Assembly (NCBI GenBank): GCA_964343575.1
Contig: CAYFJV010000001.1
Coordinates: forward strand, 286,705 to 350,704
Length of the DNA stretch: 64,000 nucleotides
Direction: 5' to 3'
DNA from: an uncultured Methanosarcinales archaeon
GTDB lineage: Archaea; Nanobdellota; Nanobdellia; Woesearchaeales; GW2011-AR9
Numbering within the stretch: the stretch's first letter is position 1; each line of letters starts with the position of its first letter. Positions 39,455 through 48,978 of this stretch are shown here, piece after piece. The notes beneath the pieces are model-generated. The model was not told the origin of the DNA, searched no databases, and worked only from the letters and a program-made list of their open reading frames with translations. A program made the translations under genes and the position numbers.

Positions 39455-39946
39455 TCAAAATTCTCCCCTGGGAGACTCACCATTTGGAGAGATAAGAATT
39501 TCTATTTTTCCATCAATTTCAAAGCGGACGGGAACAGTCATAGAATCTGGGATCTCTCCTCGATAAACAGCAAAATGAAGATGAGAATAGGTAATCCAAC
39601 CACTCAACCCAGAATAAGCAATAAGTTCTCCTGCTCTCACTCGCTGTCCAGGAAGCACAAGAATGCCTTTTGCAAGGTGACCATAATAGCTTCTTTCCAT
39701 ATGCGCATGCCCAATAACTACAAGGTTAGCAGATTTGTGAAACTCTTTCCCATTCCCACCCTTGCCAAAGCCATCTTTGACTTGTAAGACGACGCCATCA
39801 CAAGCAGCAAAAATAGGAAGTCCTTCTTCTAAAGGAAAATCAATGGCAAAGGGATCACCAAACTTATAATGAAAGGGAGCTGGCGCGGGAGCAGTAAAAT
39901 GTTTTCTTTCAAAGGGGAGAAAATAAACATTACGTGAAGGTTCCAT
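39455..39946 (-). CDS. M23 family metallopeptidase
   Basis: AIDF, IFAACDG, YGHL, HLHF. Confidence 0.9.
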   Translation of the reverse strand: MEPSRNVYFLPFERKHFTAPAPAPFHYKFGDPFAIDFPLEEGLPIFAACDGVVLQVKDGFGKGGNGKEFHKSANLVVIGHAHMERSYYGHLAKGILVLPGQRVRAGELIAYSGLSGWITYSHLHFAVYRGEIPDSMTVPVRFEIDGKIEILISPNGESPRGEF

Positions 39947-39998
39947 AACCTGTTTTTGAGAATATGGCGCTTTTTTAAGTTTTTACTATCTTCTTTTT

Positions 39999-40487
39999 TT
40001 ATTCTCGAATAATTTTTCCATTGGGAGAGAAAAGTACTTGCACCCCTCCATTGACAGCAAAACGAACAGGAATTGGGGCCTGATCTGTTTTGTTATAAAC
40101 TGCAAAATGGAGATGAGCATAGGTTGTTCTTCCACTTCTTCCAAGATAAGCAAGAACTTGTCCAGCTTTTACAACTTCACCTTCTTTGACCAGAACTCCT
40201 TTCTTTAGGTGGGTATACAAACTCTTCTCTCCATTTTCATGCTCTAAAAGCACAAGGTTTGCTTTATCTTGGAAATTAATACTCTCTCCTCCTTTGCCAA
40301 AACCATCTTTTACTTGAAGAACAGTGCCATCAAAGGCAGCAAAGATAGGAGTCTCTTCATCAAGACGAAAGTCAACAGCATAAGGTTCTCCAATCTCGTA
40401 GTGAAAAGGAGCGGGAGCCGGTCCAGTGTAGAATTTTTTAGCAAAAGGCAGCTTATAAATATTAAGAGAATTTGCCAATTTCTTCAT
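39999..40487 (-). CDS. M23 family metallopeptidase (tandem paralog)
   Basis: AVDF, IFAAFDG, YTHL, HLHF; clearly similar to its neighbour. Confidence 0.9.
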   Translation of the reverse strand: MKKLANSLNIYKLPFAKKFYTGPAPAPFHYEIGEPYAVDFRLDEETPIFAAFDGTVLQVKDGFGKGGESINFQDKANLVLLEHENGEKSLYTHLKKGVLVKEGEVVKAGQVLAYLGRSGRTTYAHLHFAVYNKTDQAPIPVRFAVNGGVQVLFSPNGKIIRE

Positions 40488-40586
40488 TGTTCTTTGGCGA
40501 AAAGTCTTTCTTTTTTAACTTTTTCTCACGTTTCCCATCCAAAACAAGAAGCAATATTTATAAAATGAAAAGTTTGCCCTTATTTT

Positions 40587-41207
40587 ATGGAATTATTAGC
40601 ACAAGGAGCAGAAGCAAAGATCTTCAGAGATAAGAATAAAGTCATCAAAGAGAGGTTTAGTAAAGCCTACCGCCTAAAACACCTTGATGAAAGTTTGCGC
40701 AAGTTTCGCACCAGAAGAGAAGCAAAGGTTCTTGGAAGACTAGAAGAGATGCAGTTCCCTGCTCCAAAAGTGCATGACTTCTGTGACAAACGTATGCAAA
40801 TTACCATGGATTTTGTAGTTGGTGAGAAGGTAAAAGATCTTTTGGCTAAGCTTGAAGAGAAGGACGATTATCAACGCTTGGCAGAAGGTATTGGAAAAAA
40901 CATTGCGATGCTTCACCATAATAACATTGTGCATGGAGATCTTACCACGAGCAATATGCTTGAGCGTGACGAAGATAAGAAGGTTGCTTTCATTGATTTT
41001 GGTTTGGCTCAGTTTTCTGAAAAAGTTGAAGATAAGGCAGTTGATTTGTTTTTGCTTGAACGAGCATTAGCGAGCACTCATTTTGATAAGCCTGAACTGT
41101 TTGATTTGATTGTTTCTCATTACAAGAAAGAGTTTCCCTCTGAAGCTGCTGCGGTGTTGGAGCGTTTGGAAGCTGTGCGTAAGCGCGGAAGGAATAAGAA
41201 GAAATAA
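40587..41207 (+). CDS. bud32: KEOPS kinase/ATPase Bud32
   Basis: QGAEA, RTRREA, HGDLTTSN, IDFGL, EDKAVDL, KRGR. Confidence 0.95.
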   Translation: MELLAQGAEAKIFRDKNKVIKERFSKAYRLKHLDESLRKFRTRREAKVLGRLEEMQFPAPKVHDFCDKRMQITMDFVVGEKVKDLLAKLEEKDDYQRLAEGIGKNIAMLHHNNIVHGDLTTSNMLERDEDKKVAFIDFGLAQFSEKVEDKAVDLFLLERALASTHFDKPELFDLIVSHYKKEFPSEAAAVLERLEAVRKRGRNKKK

Positions 41208-41256
41208 AGATAGCTTTTTATACCATCAATTCTTTCTTCTTCTTTGGGTGATACTC

Positions 41257-41502
41257 ATGATGTGTGTAAAATGTCAAGGAATGAAAAAAATTGTTTTCGG
41301 TGCCTTACTTCTTTTGAACGCTTTTCTCTGGCCAATGTGGACAGGTATTGATGGTTGGGTTGCTTGGATTGCGGCACTTATGGTTGTTGGCGGAGTAGTC
41401 AAGCTTGCTGTACCAAACAACTGTGCTGGCTGTAAAGCTATGATGGCAGGAGAGGCGAAAAGTCCTGCTAAAAAGAAGAAGAGCACTCGAAGGCGAAGAT
41501 AA
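41257..41502 (+). CDS. Small membrane protein with CxxC pairs
   Basis: GGGTGA SD; two TM helices flanked by CVKC and CAGC. Confidence 0.7.
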   Translation: MMCVKCQGMKKIVFGALLLLNAFLWPMWTGIDGWVAWIAALMVVGGVVKLAVPNNCAGCKAMMAGEAKSPAKKKKSTRRRR

Positions 41503-41610
41503 TCTTATTTCTTTGTTTTCCTTTTTTTATTCTTCTCTTTTACCTCTTTCTCTTAATCTTTAAAAGTAAAGTATATATAGCTCAAAAGTTCTTTTCTCTC
41601 CAGAGGTTGG

Positions 41611-43617
41611 ATGAATATGTTTAGAAAGATGAAGAAATCAGAGAAATTTCCTATCAATCTTTCTTCTTACAAGCATCTGAACTTTGATTTTAAACAACGA
41701 AGCCTTTCTCGTAGCGATCTTAAGCAGTTACAACAGAACATTAATTTAGTTCGTGATAGTATTGTCTTCTTCACTGCTTATGCTGGAGCTAAAGGACTTG
41801 GAGGACACACAGGCGGCGCTTATGATATTGTCCCAGAAGTTTTGATTTTTGATGCTTTTATGCGAGGAAACAAGGGAAAAATAGTTCCCATCCTTTTTGA
41901 TGCTGCTGGACATCGAGTTGCCATCCAGTACATGCTTGCTGCCCTTGATAAGCAAGAGAAAGGTTTTCCAATTGAAAAGTTGCTCCACTATCGCGAGCGT
42001 GGGCATGGGGCCTACGGACATCCCGAAAGAGATGAAAAACTTGGGATTAAATTTAGTTCTGGTCGCTTAGGACACTTATGGCCTTATGTTAATGGAGTTG
42101 CAGTTGCCAACCCAGGTAAGAAAGTTGTTTTGTTCACTAGTGATGGTTCGCTGCAAGAAGGTGATGCTGATGAAGCAGCTCGTTTTGCAGTGGCGCAGCA
42201 ATTAGGAGTTGTTGTTTCTGTTGATGATAATAATGTTACTATCTCCGGGTATCCAAAAGAGTACATGCCTGGCTTTGATGTTCGCAAGACACTTTTAGGT
42301 CATGGGCTTGCGGTTGATCAAGCAAACCCAGAACATTTACCAAGTTTGTATAAGCGTATTCGTGAAGCTCTTATTTCTAATAGCGGACCAATTGCTCTTG
42401 TGCAACGAAGAAAGATGGCAGTCTCTTTACATGGTTTGGAAGGAAAGGCAAAAGCTCATGATGTTGTAAGCAAAGACATTGCAATCATGTATTTGAGTTC
42501 TAAAGGACATATCGCTGCTGCCGATATGTTGCGTGCTGTTAAGAAAGAAAAAGTTACTCTTGAATTTTTAGGATCTAGTGGAGAGTTAAAGAAAAACCGT
42601 TCTGAGTTTGGAAATGCAGTAAATGCCGTGCTTTCTAAGATGTCAAAGAGAGAGAGATTGATGAAGGTGCGTGTCTTTGATTCAGATTTAGGTGGAAGCA
42701 CAGGTTTGAGTAAGGTTGGTGAGAAGTATCCAGAATGTTTTGTACAAGCAGGTATTATGGAGCGGCACAACTTTTCTGCTGCTGCGGGCTTTGGAATGGA
42801 AGCTGGTCATGTAGGTGTTATGAGTACTTTCTCTGCCTTTTTAGAAATGATAATTAGTGAGCTTAGCATGGCTCGGCTGAACAAAAGCAATGTACTTGCT
42901 CATTTTAGTCATGCGGGGGTTGACTGGATGGCAGATAGCAATTGCCATTATGGTGTAAACAATTTTTTTGCAGACAATGCTTTTTGGGAAGAAGGTAGCA
43001 AGAAAGAGGGAGCTACCCGCTTGTATTTCCCTTGTGATGCTTATCATCTCCAGGAGCTTGTGAAGGCAGTGTTCTGGGATAAAGGGATTCGTTTTGTCTT
43101 CTCTACACGAAGTCCAACGCCGCAGATATTAGATAGCAAAGGAAAACCCTTCTACAAGGGACGTAAATTTGTTGCTGGAAAAGATGATATCATTCGAGGA
43201 GGGAAACACGGCGTCATTGTAAGTTACGGAGAAATGCTTTGTCGAGCAGTGCATGTCTCTGAAAAACTTCGTGGCTTTGGTTATGAAGTTGCCGTAGTAA
43301 ACAAGAGTACACTTAATGTTGTTGATGAGAAGATGATGGCTAAATTAGAGAAAATGCCTTTTGTCTTTGTTCTTGAATCACAAAATGAAAAAACAGGACT
43401 TGGTATGCGTTTTGGCACCTGGCTTTTAGAGAGAGGGTTTTTAGGAAGTTATGCGCATATTGGAGTTAATAAACTTGGTCGTGGAGGGCTTTCTGAGCAC
43501 TTGGCTGAGCAAGGACTTGATGCTCTAAGTGTTGAGAAGAAAGTTATGCGTTTGTTAAAGTTAACTGGCGCTCGAGCAAGAAGAAGAAAGTTGAAAAGAG
43601 GGAAGAAGAAAAAATAA
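41611..43617 (+). CDS. Transketolase-like TPP enzyme (single chain)
   Basis: GHTGG, GHP, SDGSLQEG...DDNN, DLGGST, GIMER. Confidence 0.88.
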   Translation: MNMFRKMKKSEKFPINLSSYKHLNFDFKQRSLSRSDLKQLQQNINLVRDSIVFFTAYAGAKGLGGHTGGAYDIVPEVLIFDAFMRGNKGKIVPILFDAAGHRVAIQYMLAALDKQEKGFPIEKLLHYRERGHGAYGHPERDEKLGIKFSSGRLGHLWPYVNGVAVANPGKKVVLFTSDGSLQEGDADEAARFAVAQQLGVVVSVDDNNVTISGYPKEYMPGFDVRKTLLGHGLAVDQANPEHLPSLYKRIREALISNSGPIALVQRRKMAVSLHGLEGKAKAHDVVSKDIAIMYLSSKGHIAAADMLRAVKKEKVTLEFLGSSGELKKNRSEFGNAVNAVLSKMSKRERLMKVRVFDSDLGGSTGLSKVGEKYPECFVQAGIMERHNFSAAAGFGMEAGHVGVMSTFSAFLEMIISELSMARLNKSNVLAHFSHAGVDWMADSNCHYGVNNFFADNAFWEEGSKKEGATRLYFPCDAYHLQELVKAVFWDKGIRFVFSTRSPTPQILDSKGKPFYKGRKFVAGKDDIIRGGKHGVIVSYGEMLCRAVHVSEKLRGFGYEVAVVNKSTLNVVDEKMMAKLEKMPFVFVLESQNEKTGLGMRFGTWLLERGFLGSYAHIGVNKLGRGGLSEHLAEQGLDALSVEKKVMRLLKLTGARARRRKLKRGKKKK

Positions 43618-43737
43618 TTAGTATTTGGCAAGTTCTTTAAATAGCTTCAAATCTTCTGCGAGGACTGCTTTTCCAGCAAGCTTCATGAGTTCTATTTTCT
43701 TTTTTTCCTCAGGAGTTAATTTATTTTCACTATTCAT
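43618..43737 (-). CDS. 39-aa putative Doc antitoxin peptide (not in ORF track)
   Basis: TATTTAAA, GGTGGTGA SD; MNSENK...LFKELAKY. Confidence 0.6.
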   Translation of the reverse strand: MNSENKLTPEEKKKIELMKLAGKAVLAEDLKLFKELAKY

Positions 43738-43792
43738 TTCTTTCACCACCGAATTCTGAGAGGACTTTGTTTAAATAACTTACTGTTTCTTT

Positions 43793-44215
43793 TTATTCTA
43801 TCTTCTCTAAATGTTCTTCAATCCATTGAGCGATTTGTTCCTTGCTTAGGCTGCTTTGATAACTAGCAATAGTAACAATTTGAGATAAAGCTTCTTCATA
43901 TTTAATTGAAAAATGATAACCTAAAAGGTAAAGGCTCACTTTAGCAAATGCATAAGAAGTCCTTTTGTTCCCATCAGTGAAATGGTGTTTTTGAGCTAAC
44001 TCTCTAAAGATAAGAGAGGCAATTTTGCCTGGCTGTTCTTCAAACCTCTCCTGGTAAAGAAGAATTTTGTAAACAGAATGATAAAGACCCCCTTCATCTC
44101 TTACTCCTTGTTCACCACCACTAAGACTAATAATATCTTCATGCAACTTAAGAAGGACAAGATAACTCTGCTCAACAAAAAATTTGCTTATCTTTGGAAC
44201 TGCTCTTTCTATCAC
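43793..44215 (-). CDS. Fic/Doc family toxin
   Basis: HHFTDGNKRTS Doc motif; GVRDEGGL. Confidence 0.88.
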   Translation of the reverse strand: MIERAVPKISKFFVEQSYLVLLKLHEDIISLSGGEQGVRDEGGLYHSVYKILLYQERFEEQPGKIASLIFRELAQKHHFTDGNKRTSYAFAKVSLYLLGYHFSIKYEEALSQIVTIASYQSSLSKEQIAQWIEEHLEKIE

Positions 44216-44298
44216 CTAAGAAAAAAGTAATCTTAGCTTAAAATCCGTATCGAGAAAAAATCCGAAATTTTTTCAGAAAAGTTGTTAGTATGAGATTA

Positions 44299-44961
44299 TT
44301 ACTCTTTCCACGCTAGTGTTCCTGGACCCCTTCTGCCTACTTTTGGCCCGTCTTTGTAGCGCAGTCCTGCTGCTTTCATGTTATCCCTGACTACACGTGC
44401 GCAAGAGTAAGTTGCTAAGAGTGCTCCTTCTTTCATTACTCGCTTCAGCTCTTTAAAGACTTCTGCCGACCACATCTCTGGCTGTGTTTTGGGAGAGAAA
44501 GGATCAAAGAAGATGATGTCGAAGTGATTGTCTTTGAGCTCTTTTACTTTTTCTTTTGCGTCTCCTAGAATGAGTTGTACTGAAACTTGATTATTTTCAT
44601 CTTCGAACATTGGTTTTTCTGGGGAGAGTTCTTTGTAATATTTGAAGTAAGGGATGTTTGGGTCCACCTCTTGAATCTTTTCAATAATCCTTGGATCTTT
44701 TTCTAGGCCAATGATTTTAATGCTGCAATTTGGGTTTGCTTCTCGTGCTTGAGAGATAGCCATTGCTGAATTATAACCCATGCCAAAACAGAAATCTAGA
44801 AGAACAATGTTTCCTTTTTCTTTTGCTAGTTTGCTTATGTTTGTGGGTTCACAGAACTTTTTGAGTGCTTCTTCAACTGCCCCAGTAAAGCTGTGATAAG
44901 ATTCATTGTACTCTGGGCTCAGGAAGGTTTCTGATTGGTCTCTAGTGAGAATTTTTTGCAT
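44299..44961 (-). CDS. MnmC/MnmD-like tRNA methyltransferase
   Basis: ESYHS, FGMGYN, FFDPFSP..PEMW, LATYS. Confidence 0.88.
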   Translation of the reverse strand: MQKILTRDQSETFLSPEYNESYHSFTGAVEEALKKFCEPTNISKLAKEKGNIVLLDFCFGMGYNSAMAISQAREANPNCSIKIIGLEKDPRIIEKIQEVDPNIPYFKYYKELSPEKPMFEDENNQVSVQLILGDAKEKVKELKDNHFDIIFFDPFSPKTQPEMWSAEVFKELKRVMKEGALLATYSCARVVRDNMKAAGLRYKDGPKVGRRGPGTLAWKE

Positions 44962-45004
44962 AAGGAAGAAAAAAGAAGGAACAATAAAAAGATTTACAAG
45001 AGAA

Positions 45005-46603
45005 TCAATCTATTCTCCAACCACGTTCTCTCGCATCTTGAATGATCCCAAGCCCCAGACCCATTGTGTAACGAAGATTCTCGACGTAGGAAGGGATGGA
45101 AAGATCTAATTGCTCAAGATCAGCGCCTTCAAGGAGAGGAGTTCTCTTCAAAAGGTACCACATAGATTGCCCTAATTCCCTATGTCTTGCTGCAGCCCTT
45201 TCTCCTCTTTCTCCCTCGTACATTGCTTCTGCAGCGGAGACGAAAAGTGCTTGTGAAGCTAATTGTGCTACTGAGCGATAGCTGGCCATGACCTTTCCGA
45301 TTAATTCTTCCCTTTTTGAATCCCCAACTGCGCCAGCATCAAAGGATCTGAGCCATTCTTTACGCATTCCTAAAACAGAACTTTCCCTCATCAGTTTTGC
45401 AAATCTTCTTTGACCTTCTGTTTGAAGGTTATCTCTCCCCCAGCCATCTTTGAGAGGGTTTCCATGAATGTAAGATGAAGAAAATGCGTTTACAGTGTAA
45501 GGAACTCCCCCACTAGGAGGTAAACGAAGAACATGTTCTATATTCGTTTGTATCTCTTCTGGGGTTGTTTCTCCATCTACCATGATTAAAAGTGCACGGT
45601 AAGGGACCCCAAGAGAGGAAAGAATCTCAAATGCCCTCATATTTTGCTCTGGAGTTACAGATTTATTCCACCTACGAAGTTGTTCTCGAACAAAAGATTC
45701 TGCTCCAACTGAAACATGGGATATGCAATCTCTGTTCCTAGAAATCTCTTCCCTTCTTCTCATAACATCTGTTGCCCTTGTTTGAAAATCTATAACTACC
45801 CCATACTTCCTCAAAGTGGGAGCAATCTCATCTATTCTTCCAGGCTCTCCTGTCGCGTGAAGAAAATCGTCATCGTAAAAACCAATTTCCTTTATTCCAA
45901 AGCGAGTGGCTAGTTCTTCAATTACTTCTGAGAGTTTCCCCCCAGACATTCTTCTTACCCCAAACCCGATTTGATCTCTAATATCGCAGAAAGTACAACG
46001 TGCATAACAACCACGAGAAGCGTAAAGATAAGCAATATCTCCCTTCACCGTTCTTTCAAGTGTTGGTTGGAAAGGATCAATCTCTTCAATAAAGGGAGTT
46101 GGACCTGTTCTCCTAATCTCTCCTGCTTGCGTTCGATAAAGTAAGCCAGGTATCTTGCTCAACGCATCTTCTCTTTGCGTGTCATTGTATGCTAAGGCTT
46201 TGAAAACATCTGGACCCCTTGCTTCCCCTTCTCCAAGGAAAAGGACATCAATTGCATCAGTCATTTCCATAATTTCAGGAAGCGTTGAAATGTAGCCACC
46301 TACAACAATTGGTTTTTTTGTTGCAGCCTTTATTCTTGCTGTGACAGTGAGCAGAGAATCCCAAACATTACCCACTGCACTAATTCCAACCGCAGTAGGA
46401 TTGCCTGCCCTTATTCTTCCAATAATTCCCTCAATTCCTTGTTGATGTAATTCTGGGTCGTTAAAGGGGTCTAAACATTCAACAGAAAGGCCCGCTTGAC
46501 AGAAAGGAGGCTCCAAGTAGGCGAGAGAAAGAGAAGGATTAAATCGGTTGGAAAATCTTTCCCCATGCATCTCAGGACAAAGAAGCAAAGTTACATCGGG
46601 CAT
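45005..46603 (-). CDS. B12-binding-domain radical SAM protein
   Basis: PSLSLAYL, VGIS, VVGG, GEGE, SRGCYARCTFC, YDDDF, GAES. Confidence 0.9.
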   Translation of the reverse strand: MPDVTLLLCPEMHGERFSNRFNPSLSLAYLEPPFCQAGLSVECLDPFNDPELHQQGIEGIIGRIRAGNPTAVGISAVGNVWDSLLTVTARIKAATKKPIVVGGYISTLPEIMEMTDAIDVLFLGEGEARGPDVFKALAYNDTQREDALSKIPGLLYRTQAGEIRRTGPTPFIEEIDPFQPTLERTVKGDIAYLYASRGCYARCTFCDIRDQIGFGVRRMSGGKLSEVIEELATRFGIKEIGFYDDDFLHATGEPGRIDEIAPTLRKYGVVIDFQTRATDVMRRREEISRNRDCISHVSVGAESFVREQLRRWNKSVTPEQNMRAFEILSSLGVPYRALLIMVDGETTPEEIQTNIEHVLRLPPSGGVPYTVNAFSSSYIHGNPLKDGWGRDNLQTEGQRRFAKLMRESSVLGMRKEWLRSFDAGAVGDSKREELIGKVMASYRSVAQLASQALFVSAAEAMYEGERGERAAARHRELGQSMWYLLKRTPLLEGADLEQLDLSIPSYVENLRYTMGLGLGIIQDARERGWRID

Positions 46604-46654
46604 TTTCTTTTTGTGGAGTTGATTCTTTATAAAGAATCCTAAGAAAAGGAGAGA

Positions 46655-47248
46655 CTAAGCTCTCTCTAAACGAGCAAGCTCTTTTCGAAGAATATTCTCA
46701 TAAGCTACGAAGAAAGCAAGAAGTCTTTCAATAAAATACTTAATCTCTTCCTCAGCGTGCCTCTCTTGCAATTTCATTTGAGTAACTTGCGCTTTCTCAA
46801 GATCAACCGCGAACATGTGTTCTCCTTCTGCAAACTTTGCTTTAAGCTCTAGAAAAACGTGGTGGACTCTTTGTAGGAGTTTTTTTGCAATGCGTGCTTC
46901 TTCTTTAACCTCATCATTGACAATCTTTCTGTGTCTTACTAGCCAAGGAGCTCCGCTTTTTTCTGCAGCTTCTTGCTCTAAAACAAAATGAAGTTCTCCT
47001 TTTTCTAGAGCATCCAATTCTTCTCTTAAGCTGAGGAGCTCTCTAAAAAGCCCATCAAAGAAAGCAGCCAAATCCTCATGACTGCTATCATAATCGAAGG
47101 AATGTGCAGAAAGCGTATCAACCCCCCATAACTTTTGTTCAAAATTGTGAGTTGCAGTAACTACAGATCTTCCTGCATCAATCCCAAGATGTAAATCATC
47201 AAGAGCTTCTTGCGCCTGCCATCCAAGATCACCACTTAATTGTATCAT
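46655..47248 (-). CDS. Hypothetical helical protein
   Basis: 197-aa ORF. Confidence 0.65.
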   Translation of the reverse strand: MIQLSGDLGWQAQEALDDLHLGIDAGRSVVTATHNFEQKLWGVDTLSAHSFDYDSSHEDLAAFFDGLFRELLSLREELDALEKGELHFVLEQEAAEKSGAPWLVRHRKIVNDEVKEEARIAKKLLQRVHHVFLELKAKFAEGEHMFAVDLEKAQVTQMKLQERHAEEEIKYFIERLLAFFVAYENILRKELARLERA

Positions 47249-47300
47249 GTTTGGTGAAAAAAAGGTTTGCTTAAAGATTTTTCTGTTTTGAAGAAATAAC

Positions 47301-48137
47301 TCACACTTTCTCTGCTCGGCCCTTTCTCACCAAAAGATCTGCAACTTCTGGAAAAATAATACTCTCCTGCCCTTGGCTATAAGGACCATACTCTTTCATA
47401 TCTTTCCAAATGAAACGAGGCACTGGATGTAAGAATCTTACTTTTGTTTTCCCTTCTGCATCGTTTGCCTCTTCACTTTCCTGTTCTTCTGTTTGAAAAG
47501 AACTGCTTTGCTCTGGAGTTGTATCTTCTGCTTCTTCAGAAAGTTCTGCCTCTTCTTCCTCTTTTGCTGGGACGCTTGCAGCACTTACTCCCTCAAACTT
47601 GTTGAAAGTATCTGTAGAAGCTGATGTAGTAGGGCTTTGGCTATTTGCTTCTTGTTGTTTTTGCTCCCACTTGTAACTGCTGAGCTGCTCTTTAATCTGG
47701 GGATTGTATTGATCCTCAACAAAAGGAAGTTCTGCTTTGAAAAGATGAGAAAGTACTCCAGTACGGTAATTGTCAAGATGCGCTACAAGATGCTTATAGA
47801 AGTTTTTTTCCTCACGAAGCATAGCACTGGTATCAATGATATCTGACTTAGTCCTACTTTTGTTTAAAGCAATATCTATGATCTTTTTTTCACGCTTTTC
47901 ATAAATCTCTTTGAGAATTCTTTTGATGCTACGCAGTTCATACTCTAACTTGTCTTTCTCTGTGCTGGCAAAAAGTTCGTCCCCACCAGTTTGCGCTTGA
48001 AGTAAGGCTTTCTTTTCTCTGAGATAAGCAACCACATCAATGTAGAAAGTAGTCTCCAGTTTTTGGAGGTCCTCACGCTTCTTTTCGTGACGTAGGATGT
48101 CGTACAGGGTCTCTAGTGTGATTTTGATATCTGTCAT
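47301..48137 (-). CDS. GINS subunit (Gins51-like)
   Basis: LQKL..FY, REKKII..A, EEKNFY, acidic linker, EYGPY...VADLLVRKGRAE. Confidence 0.85.
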   Translation of the reverse strand: MTDIKITLETLYDILRHEKKREDLQKLETTFYIDVVAYLREKKALLQAQTGGDELFASTEKDKLEYELRSIKRILKEIYEKREKKIIDIALNKSRTKSDIIDTSAMLREEKNFYKHLVAHLDNYRTGVLSHLFKAELPFVEDQYNPQIKEQLSSYKWEQKQQEANSQSPTTSASTDTFNKFEGVSAASVPAKEEEEAELSEEAEDTTPEQSSSFQTEEQESEEANDAEGKTKVRFLHPVPRFIWKDMKEYGPYSQGQESIIFPEVADLLVRKGRAEKV

Positions 48138-48285
48138 TGCTCTTTTGTTTATTTTTTCTTTTTTAGTAGGATTACTCTAGCTCGCGCTTTTGTTGTAGTA
48201 CAAATTCCACCCCTTTTAGGCAAAATGAATCTTTTATCCTTTAAAAAACACTATGTTAAAGAAATAGCTATATTAGGGAAGGTAT

Positions 48286-48855
48286 TCAGAAAATAAGTGT
48301 TTCAGAGTCTCTAGCTTCTCTGGCAAGTTGTCTAAGCTTTTCGAGAAGAAGTTCTTGCTCTTCCAAAGCTAAAATCCGTAGCAAGCCAACACGATCTGTT
48401 CTTTGCACCCTCGCTTCCCCTTGCTCACTTAGGTACTCAGTTGGAGGAAGGTCATAAAGATGTCTTAGAGCAGAATTATCAGTAAACTGTCTTTTTAATT
48501 CTCTCCCTGGAAGATCTCTTGCTCCGATATAGCTTGGATCGCCAGTTGTTTTTGTTGAGAAACGTAATTGATCTCTAATTGCATCTGCAGGATGGGAACT
48601 ATCAAGTACGTAAATGTCAAGAAGCCTCTTTTGAGATGCAACCGAGCAGAGAAAATCATGTAAGTCAGTATTTCTTTGCTCCGGACCTTCACCTAAAGGA
48701 CTTAAATCAGGAGAGAATATTGCAACAGTATGTCTATCATCATAACGTGAGGAGCTTATGAGCACGTAAGCCCTTTCTCTTATCATCGTAGGAAAAGCTA
48801 CTGCTGTCAAAGCAGTTTCAGGAGAAAAGAGCTTGGTTTCAGAGTCGGCAGACAT
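48286..48855 (-). CDS. Hypothetical protein
   Basis: ORF from MSADSE with TATA upstream. Confidence 0.55.
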   Translation of the reverse strand: MSADSETKLFSPETALTAVAFPTMIRERAYVLISSSRYDDRHTVAIFSPDLSPLGEGPEQRNTDLHDFLCSVASQKRLLDIYVLDSSHPADAIRDQLRFSTKTTGDPSYIGARDLPGRELKRQFTDNSALRHLYDLPPTEYLSEQGEARVQRTDRVGLLRILALEEQELLLEKLRQLAREARDSETLIF

Positions 48856-48978
48856 AGCTGCAAACTCTTCCACTTTTTTATAAATTATTCGTCGAAGAAT
48901 TGCTTGGGAAAGCTTAAAAATAGGAAGAGAAATCTTTTGCTTGTGGCAGAACTCACTTTTGAAACCCTTTCTTTTCGT

